DNA from: Infirmifilum sp.
Lineage (GTDB): Archaea > Thermoproteota > Thermoprotei > Thermofilales > Thermofilaceae
Direction: 5' to 3'
Length of the DNA stretch: 64,000 bases
Assembly (NCBI GenBank): GCA_041287245.1
Contig: JBEULP010000117.1
Span: forward strand, 128,001 to 192,000
The translations under genes and the position numbers were made by a program. The notes beneath the pieces were generated by a model. It did not search any database, was not told the DNA's origin, and saw only the letters and a list, made by a program, of their open reading frames with translations. Positions 58,250 to 64,000 of the stretch are shown here, piece after piece. How positions within the stretch are numbered: the first letter of the stretch is position 1; each line of letters begins with the position of its first letter.

Positions 58250-59314
58250 ATGGAGATACTTTACCTCTCAGAACCATTTTATTCCCCCGTAACACCTGTT
58301 CTTATAAGCGAGGAGAAGTCAGCGATTATCTACCTTGATGACGAGCTTTCTCCTGTAAAGTGTTACGACTCATATGGCAACTCTATCCGGTGTCCTGAAA
58401 CTCTAGGCCTCCAAAAAGACGAAACATATGTTGTGGGAGGGGCGGCTGCGGAGGTTCTAGCCTCCTACATGGATCTTCCCTTCATAGATGTGAGAAGGGT
58501 AAAAATCCAACCCACCTACAGACCCGGTGTTTTTTCATCGTTTTTTCAAAGTATCCGAGACGCCCTGCAAGATCCTACACAGGAGCCTATCGCTAAGAAT
58601 TCAATTGTGGCCGTCTTTCCTGGAGCAATATTGAAAAAAAGGGCATGGGCGGTAGCATATATAGGTAGGGTTAGAGACGGAAAGCTTGAACTCAAGGCTG
58701 AGATCCACTTCGACCAGAATTTCAGGGTTCTCCACGAGAAATCATCAGGGCTTGAAGAGTTAGATAAGTTTGATCATTGGTGGGAAGCCCCGTGGGACTA
58801 TGTTTTCACCTATGGAAAAAATCTGCGAAGACTGATTGAACTTGTCATGGAAAGGCCCGTTGAGAAAATATCCCCTGGAATAATCGGTAAAGAGAAGCCT
58901 TTAACACCCACAGAGATTATCGAGAAACTTTTCTCGGAAGCATCCACAAGAGGTGTAGAGACTTCAGGCAGAAGAAGCCTTAAAAAAGCTGTGGTTTACA
59001 TTGATGAGAGTATTATTAGACCCAGTAAGGGTTATTCAGGAGTACTAATAATAAAGAACTCCCAAAGAAGGATATTTGCACGCTGGTATTTCGACGAGAA
59101 ATTCCAGTTGAAAGGATTCGACAACGTTCCCCCAGAGGCGGTTTCAGGTATAGACGTGGAATTAGGTGTAGGGAACATACCTCGCGAGACTCAGGCGAGA
59201 CTCTCAGAGGTGCTTTCTGCATTTCTAGTGAAGAAAGCAATGTATACGCCCGTACGGATTGTCGATTACTTAGCCTTAAAGGTTCATAGGTGGTATGAGG
59301 TAGCAGCGGTTTAA
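58250..59314 (+). CDS. Hypothetical protein in the GTPase operon
   Basis: 354-aa ORF starting 15 nt after the previous stop. Convergent overlap with the next gene ends the operon. Confidence 0.75.
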   Translation: MEILYLSEPFYSPVTPVLISEEKSAIIYLDDELSPVKCYDSYGNSIRCPETLGLQKDETYVVGGAAAEVLASYMDLPFIDVRRVKIQPTYRPGVFSSFFQSIRDALQDPTQEPIAKNSIVAVFPGAILKKRAWAVAYIGRVRDGKLELKAEIHFDQNFRVLHEKSSGLEELDKFDHWWEAPWDYVFTYGKNLRRLIELVMERPVEKISPGIIGKEKPLTPTEIIEKLFSEASTRGVETSGRRSLKKAVVYIDESIIRPSKGYSGVLIIKNSQRRIFARWYFDEKFQLKGFDNVPPEAVSGIDVELGVGNIPRETQARLSEVLSAFLVKKAMYTPVRIVDYLALKVHRWYEVAAV

Positions 59315-60168
59315 ACTAAACCTTTTAGAAACTTGTATATACGCGTGTAGTCTTCTTCCTTGATCTTTTCCCTCATGGATGCGCTCAGAAGGGTTTGAGC
59401 CATGGTTGAAATGTGGGGTAACGATACTCCTCTCTCCCCGCCTGCGATGGTGGCGTAAAGCATATCCTTTGCTGCGAGGCGAAGCTTGAAGCTGACGGGA
59501 TAGTTATCGGCTAAAAGCCTCGAGCCGTACCTTTCAGCTATAGTCTTTATCCATAGGTCTTGCGCAATATCGAGGAGCTGTTGAGGATTTGTCCCCCAGC
59601 TTTCCGCTAAAACGAGGGCTTCGGCGAGCCCTATCATAGCCGAGAAGTAAATACTGTTAAGGGCGAGTTTTACAGCTGAAGCCTCTTCTACACTTCTCAA
59701 AACATGGATTTTTCTGAACAAAGCATCGACATACTCCCTGTAAGCGTCTAAGCTATTCCAGTCGCCTCCCGCTATGCCCACCAGCTCCCCTCTCAGGGCA
59801 TCACCTGGTCCCCCCATTACCGGGAGAGCAACATATTTGCATCCTACGCGATGCGCCATTTCGTGCATTTTTTTAGAGTGAGAAGGGGTTACTGTCGAGT
59901 GGTTTATAATCATCATATTCCCACGGCTCTCGAAACAAATGTTCTCCATAACAAACCCGGAGGCTTCGTCATCAGATACCATAATTGCGACCAAATCTAC
60001 TTTTTTCAAAGCTTCCTGGAAACTTGGAGTAACTTCAGCTCCAAATTCTTCGAGAGGCTTAGCCTTCTCAATAGTCCTGTTCCAGGCGACAACAGGAATA
60101 TTCTTTTCAAGAAGTCTCCTTGCCATGTTGAATCCCATAAGACCTGTGCCGAACAATGCTACTTTCAT
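59311..60168 (-). CDS. NAD(P)-dependent beta-hydroxyacid dehydrogenase (3-hydroxyisobutyrate DH family)
   Basis: GTGLMG..MA, WNRT..K, STV.P, PV.GG...A..G.L, K.A.N, F...LA.KD. Confidence 0.9.
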   Translation of the reverse strand: MKVALFGTGLMGFNMARRLLEKNIPVVAWNRTIEKAKPLEEFGAEVTPSFQEALKKVDLVAIMVSDDEASGFVMENICFESRGNMMIINHSTVTPSHSKKMHEMAHRVGCKYVALPVMGGPGDALRGELVGIAGGDWNSLDAYREYVDALFRKIHVLRSVEEASAVKLALNSIYFSAMIGLAEALVLAESWGTNPQQLLDIAQDLWIKTIAERYGSRLLADNYPVSFKLRLAAKDMLYATIAGGERGVSLPHISTMAQTLLSASMREKIKEEDYTRIYKFLKGLV

Positions 60169-60234
60169 ATTGAGTTTAGACTGTCAAGTCAAATATTTAA
60201 ATATGTATCAATTTTTTTACTTATGGTTGAAAGT

Positions 60235-60498
60235 ATGGAGCCCCTTGAGGCCCTCAAAATAATTGAAAAAAGATTACAGGAGAAAGGTTATAGAACAAGA
60301 AGAGCGGAGGAGGATGGAGAGTATGTTCTAGAGGTTTCGTCGCCGAAGGGAAAAGCCCGAATCCGTTTCCACCAACAGCTGGGAAAACTTATAGAGCTCC
60401 ACCTGAAGTACGAGAATACCCCGGGCCTTACAGTTTTAAAATGTGAACGATACCAGGAAACCCTATCCTGCATAGAAGATCTTATAGCTAGATTTTAA
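60235..60498 (+). CDS. Hypothetical small protein
   Basis: 3' part of track ORF 59851-60498 (MEPLEALK...). Divergent from the dehydrogenase with a TATA-rich spacer; start is ATG 60223 or 60235. Confidence 0.6.
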   Translation: MEPLEALKIIEKRLQEKGYRTRRAEEDGEYVLEVSSPKGKARIRFHQQLGKLIELHLKYENTPGLTVLKCERYQETLSCIEDLIARF

Positions 60499-60537
60499 AG
60501 TTAAACATTTTATTGAGCTGGTAGCAATAAAAGGTAA

Positions 60538-61266
60538 ATGAAACTTCGAAGAGTTCTGGAAGCACTTCTGATATTAATCTTCATTCACCAGCTTCTAGAA
60601 GTATATGTTTTCTACACGTTGAAGCCTGCTCTGGTAGAAATTAGCCGAATTGAGAAGACTCCAGGAGATAAAATCCTCATTGGCGCTCGCCTTTATTTTC
60701 CCAACCCTTATCCTCTTCCCATAAAAATATACAGTATAAGTTTGAAACTAAAGTGTTCTAATACAGCTGTCAACAGTAACCTATTTAATATCACGCTTAT
60801 TCCAAAGAAAACAAACATTTTGCTGTTTAACTTCTCTCCCGCTGATCAGCCTATAGGGAATTGTCTAGCACTCTACAACTTTGTCCCAGATACACTTATA
60901 CTCTCCTTTCTAGACCTACACATATTTAACTTCACAGGGAACACTACCCTGACACCCCCGGCTATTTCAGAACCATTCCTCTGGGCCGGGTGGAATACAA
61001 CAGAAATAAACGTTGGAGACTGCGTATCCTACGAGGTATACACCTACCCACCCGCCCCCTTTGAAGTAACCGTCCTAGCAGACTATCTTTCAATGCCCCC
61101 CGTAGCAGTATCTTCAAGCAAAGGCATCGCTACAGGTAATTTTACCTTCTGCCCACGAGAACCCTCCTCATTTAAACTTAAAGGATATTATCTCCTAGTA
61201 GCATCTCAGGGGAAGACGTGGACTCAGGAAGAGACATATCCCCCGCGGCTCGAGGTATCACCTTGA
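60538..61266 (+). CDS. Membrane-anchored extracellular protein (LEA_2-like motif)
   Basis: N-terminal TM, NPYP.PI.I motif, beta-rich with N-x-T sequons. Confidence 0.55.
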   Translation: MKLRRVLEALLILIFIHQLLEVYVFYTLKPALVEISRIEKTPGDKILIGARLYFPNPYPLPIKIYSISLKLKCSNTAVNSNLFNITLIPKKTNILLFNFSPADQPIGNCLALYNFVPDTLILSFLDLHIFNFTGNTTLTPPAISEPFLWAGWNTTEINVGDCVSYEVYTYPPAPFEVTVLADYLSMPPVAVSSSKGIATGNFTFCPREPSSFKLKGYYLLVASQGKTWTQEETYPPRLEVSP

Positions 61267-61318
61267 CCAAAAACCTGCTCTTAGTTAAATTTAAATCAAC
61301 ATAGGAAAGATTGTCCAC

Positions 61319-62386
61319 GTGCTTTATATAGTCTTCACGACGGGACGCTGTAACCTTAAGTGTGACTACTGTGGGGGAAGCTTTCCAAAGGAAAAAGTGC
61401 CTTGGACAACAACATATGATCCAATGCTTCTAAAAAACATTGTAGAAAGGGATGAGGATGCTATAGTTGCCTTTTACGGAGGCGAGCCACTCCTTAATGC
61501 TAAGCTTATAATGTGGATTATGGATAATGTCAAGGCCAAACACTTTGTAATTCAGACAAACGGAACACTACCGCATCTTCTACCCGACAGCTACTGGCTA
61601 AGATTTGACACTGTGCTTCTTTCAATAGACGGCCGAGAAAACCTCACCGACAAACATAGGGGGAAGGGGGTACATACCCGTGTTTTACAAACAGCCAAGC
61701 ATCTGCGAGAAATAGGATTTAAAGGTGATCTTATTGCAAGAATGACGGTAACGGAGGACACAGATATTGAGACAGATGTAACCTATCTCCTCTCGCTAAA
61801 CCTCTTTGATCATGTACATTGGCAACTTGACGTTGTATGGAGCGACAGGTGGAAAAATTTTCAGGAGTGGCGAGATAGAAGCTATCTCCCAGGACTGAGA
61901 AAGCTAATTCAAAAATGGGTATTAGGCATTAAAAAGGGCAAGGTTCTAGGAATTGCGCCGTTTAAGGCCATAGCTTCACAAGCTATTTTTGGAGCTGTTT
62001 ATACTGCCCCACCCTGTGGTTCGGGTAGCAACTCTGTCTCTATTTTAACCAATGGCAGGATCACAGCATGTCCGATAGCTATAAACGAACAATGGGCTCA
62101 CATCGGAGACATCGATAAAGGCTTTGTTACCTCTAATAACATGATATCAGAACCTTGTACTAGCTGCCCTTACTACAGGTACTGTGGGGGTCGGTGTCTA
62201 TACGCGTATAAGGAGCGCTACTGGGGCGATAGTGGGTTTAGAGAGGTCTGCAAAGCTACGAAGGAACTTGTTAAACTTGTGCTCTCAGCTGTTCCATCAG
62301 TAATTGAAGCTCTGGATAAAGGCCTTATTAAAAGGAGTGAACTATACTATCCTCCTTTTAATAACACTGTAGAAATTATACCTTGA
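61319..62386 (+). CDS. Radical SAM/SPASM protein (TIGR04084-like)
   Basis: CNLKCDYCGG, FYGGEPLL, QTNG, SIDG, SPASM Cys C..C.....CGGRC, C-terminal N..EIIP. Confidence 0.9.
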   Translation: MLYIVFTTGRCNLKCDYCGGSFPKEKVPWTTTYDPMLLKNIVERDEDAIVAFYGGEPLLNAKLIMWIMDNVKAKHFVIQTNGTLPHLLPDSYWLRFDTVLLSIDGRENLTDKHRGKGVHTRVLQTAKHLREIGFKGDLIARMTVTEDTDIETDVTYLLSLNLFDHVHWQLDVVWSDRWKNFQEWRDRSYLPGLRKLIQKWVLGIKKGKVLGIAPFKAIASQAIFGAVYTAPPCGSGSNSVSILTNGRITACPIAINEQWAHIGDIDKGFVTSNNMISEPCTSCPYYRYCGGRCLYAYKERYWGDSGFREVCKATKELVKLVLSAVPSVIEALDKGLIKRSELYYPPFNNTVEIIP

Positions 62387-62399
62387 AAATCTACTTATC

Positions 62400-62808
62400 T
62401 ATCATTTATAGAGGAATTATGATACTCTTCTTCGCAGTTGTGTTTTTACGAGAACATCTATAAGCAGAAAATCTGGAGAAGGGGGGCCAACGAATAATAA
62501 AGCCCCGCTAAGAACGCGATCTTAGTCGGTTTCGCTCTAACAGCTCTAAGCTCATTCTTTTTAGCCTGATGGGGCACCGTCGGGGGTTAAGCTAATCGCT
62601 GATGTAATTATAGTTTCTTCTAGTATAGTGAACCTGGGACAATATTATACAGCGCATGTATGGATGGATTTCCTTTGGCTAACCTTCTTGCCATATGCTA
62701 CAAACAAGGGTTTGGGATCCAAGAAACCTTTCTCTAATAGTCAAGCTTTTCGTGGTAGCTCTAGTGGTATACTATGCCCTAATGTTTTTAAGACAAGCTT
62801 TGGCGTAG
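62400..62808 (+). pseudogene. Degraded LysE-family translocator
   Basis: Fragments in shifting frames: GIMILFFAVVFLR / KNAILVGFALTALSSFFLA*WGTVG / KLIAD...AHVWMDFLWLTFL / IVKLFVVALVVYYALMFL. In-frame TGA at 62567-62569; the 5' half is missing. Confidence 0.75.
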
Positions 62809-62851
62809 TTAAAATATTTATCCTAAGAGATATATACATATCTGGGCATGT

Positions 62852-64000
62852 ATGCCGAAATACTTTAACTTCGCATTGATCCATGCACCAAGCGTATATG
62901 ACTTTAGAAAGATGGGGAACGTACACTACGGTCCGATAAGCGACGTTGTCCCCTCTAAACCTGTTTTTGACATGTACCCATCTGGTTTCTTCTACCTTGC
63001 CTCGTACCTCGAGAAGAGAGGCGTAACAACAGGTTTGTTTAACATCGCTGCAAGGATGGTTAATGAGCCTTCCCTTGATGTCCCCCGCCTTCTCCGCACA
63101 ATAAAAGCCTCAGTCTACGGGATAGACATCCACTGGCTTGTACACGCCCATGGAGCTATCGAAATCGCAAGGATGGTGAAGAACTTGCACGAGGCTCCGG
63201 TGATAGCAGGCGGGCTCTCAGCTACGTACTATTGGCGAGAAATACTTGAAAAGTACCCATTTATCGACGTAGTCGTCTTAGGAGACACCACCGAACCCAT
63301 AACCTATGAGGTTATTCGAGTTTTAGAAGATGGAGAGTACCATAAACTTAGGAATATTTCTAACATTGCTTTTCGAGAAGGCTCGAAAATAATACATACG
63401 GGATTAAAGTTTGTCCCTCTTTCATTGGACGACCTTAAACCCGACTATAAGATTGTGTCTAAAGTGATGATTAGAAGTGGCTTGAAAAACTCGCTGCCCT
63501 GGAGTACATTCTTGAAGCATCCAGTGACAGCTGTTATTACGTATAAAGGCTGTCTTTTTAACTGCCTCGCATGCGGTGGTAGCAGCTTCGCTTACAGGGT
63601 CATTTTCAACAGGAAGAAACTAGGCCTTAAGAGTCCCCAGATCATCCTTGAGGAATTCAAGGAGATTACTGAAAGAATAAGAGCCCCTGTATTTTTTGTT
63701 AATGATTTGCAGGTTCTCGGCAAGAAATACATCGAGAACCTTATGACTATGCTAAGTCGGGAGAAGGTTGATGTTGAAATATTCTTTGAGTTCTTCACCC
63801 CACCGCCCAGGGAAATACTCGGTCTTTATAGAAAAGCAGGCGACAAAGTATATCTTCAAATGTCTCCCGAGTCCCACGACGAAAACATAAGAAAGTTTTT
63901 TGGAAGACCATATGATAATTCAAGCCTATTGCACTTTGTTAGGAATGTAAGCGAGTTCGGCTTCTCACGCCTAGACCTATATTTCATGGTCGGCCTACCC
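62852..64000 (+). CDS. B12-binding/radical SAM protein (TIGR04190-like), 3' end outside window
   Basis: MPKYFNFALIHAPSVYDFR...GPISDVVPS.PVFDMYP.GF, GIDIHWLVHAHGA, GGLSATYY, KGCLFNCLACGGS, SPESHDE. Open to the window end, hence absent from the track. Confidence 0.9.
   Translation, partial: MPKYFNFALIHAPSVYDFRKMGNVHYGPISDVVPSKPVFDMYPSGFFYLASYLEKRGVTTGLFNIAARMVNEPSLDVPRLLRTIKASVYGIDIHWLVHAHGAIEIARMVKNLHEAPVIAGGLSATYYWREILEKYPFIDVVVLGDTTEPITYEVIRVLEDGEYHKLRNISNIAFREGSKIIHTGLKFVPLSLDDLKPDYKIVSKVMIRSGLKNSLPWSTFLKHPVTAVITYKGCLFNCLACGGSSFAYRVIFNRKKLGLKSPQIILEEFKEITERIRAPVFFVNDLQVLGKKYIENLMTMLSREKVDVEIFFEFFTPPPREILGLYRKAGDKVYLQMSPESHDENIRKFFGRPYDNSSLLHFVRNVSEFGFSRLDLYFMVGLP

Noticed and set aside
59851..60222. 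5' part of the 215-aa plus-strand ORF
   Set aside because: Antisense to the dehydrogenase gene; only the 3' part from about 60235 looks coding.
62628..62926. Track ORFs 62628-62879 (+) and 62741-62926 (-)
   Set aside because: The first is a LysE pseudogene fragment running out of frame; the second is antisense to the pseudogene end and the radical SAM start.
1..64000. Numerous 60-185 aa antisense or nested ORFs in the track; CRISPR, IS, tRNA, rRNA
   Set aside because: The shadow ORFs lie within confidently assigned genes and lack motifs. No repeat-spacer array, transposase or structural RNA gene was recognised by eye.

Overview
A gene-dense (about 70 CDS) archaeal chromosome segment. The gene content (AOR, AMP phosphorylase, Taw3, CTP-dependent riboflavin kinase, XerA, archaemetzincin, C/D-box sRNAs, GGTGA RBSs, TATA promoters) points to a thermophilic crenarchaeote. 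Thermofilum-like is my inference, not a search result. Most genes are housekeeping or metabolic (ileS, eno, ppa, glmS, speE, dcd, nth, surE, tatC, Zn/Mn ABC transporter, prenyl/lipid genes). I saw no CRISPR array, IS, tRNA or rRNA. Features the ORF track missed: two C/D-box guide sRNAs (21564-21622 +, 33155-33210 -), a 53-aa DUF5679-like zinc-finger gene (46537-46698), a 44-aa small ORF (53719-53853), a decayed LysE pseudogene (about 62400-62808), a B12/radical-SAM gene running off the right end, and a perfect 26-bp palindrome at the metal-ABC divergent promoter. The standout is a tightly coupled four-gene operon at 56077-59314. It encodes a Rab-like small GTPase and three uncharacterised proteins, one with a Zn-knuckle/possible longin-like/wHTH architecture reminiscent of Asgard GTPase-associated proteins. 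It is a candidate undescribed archaeal small-GTPase switch module. All product calls come from motif recognition by eye; no database searches were run.
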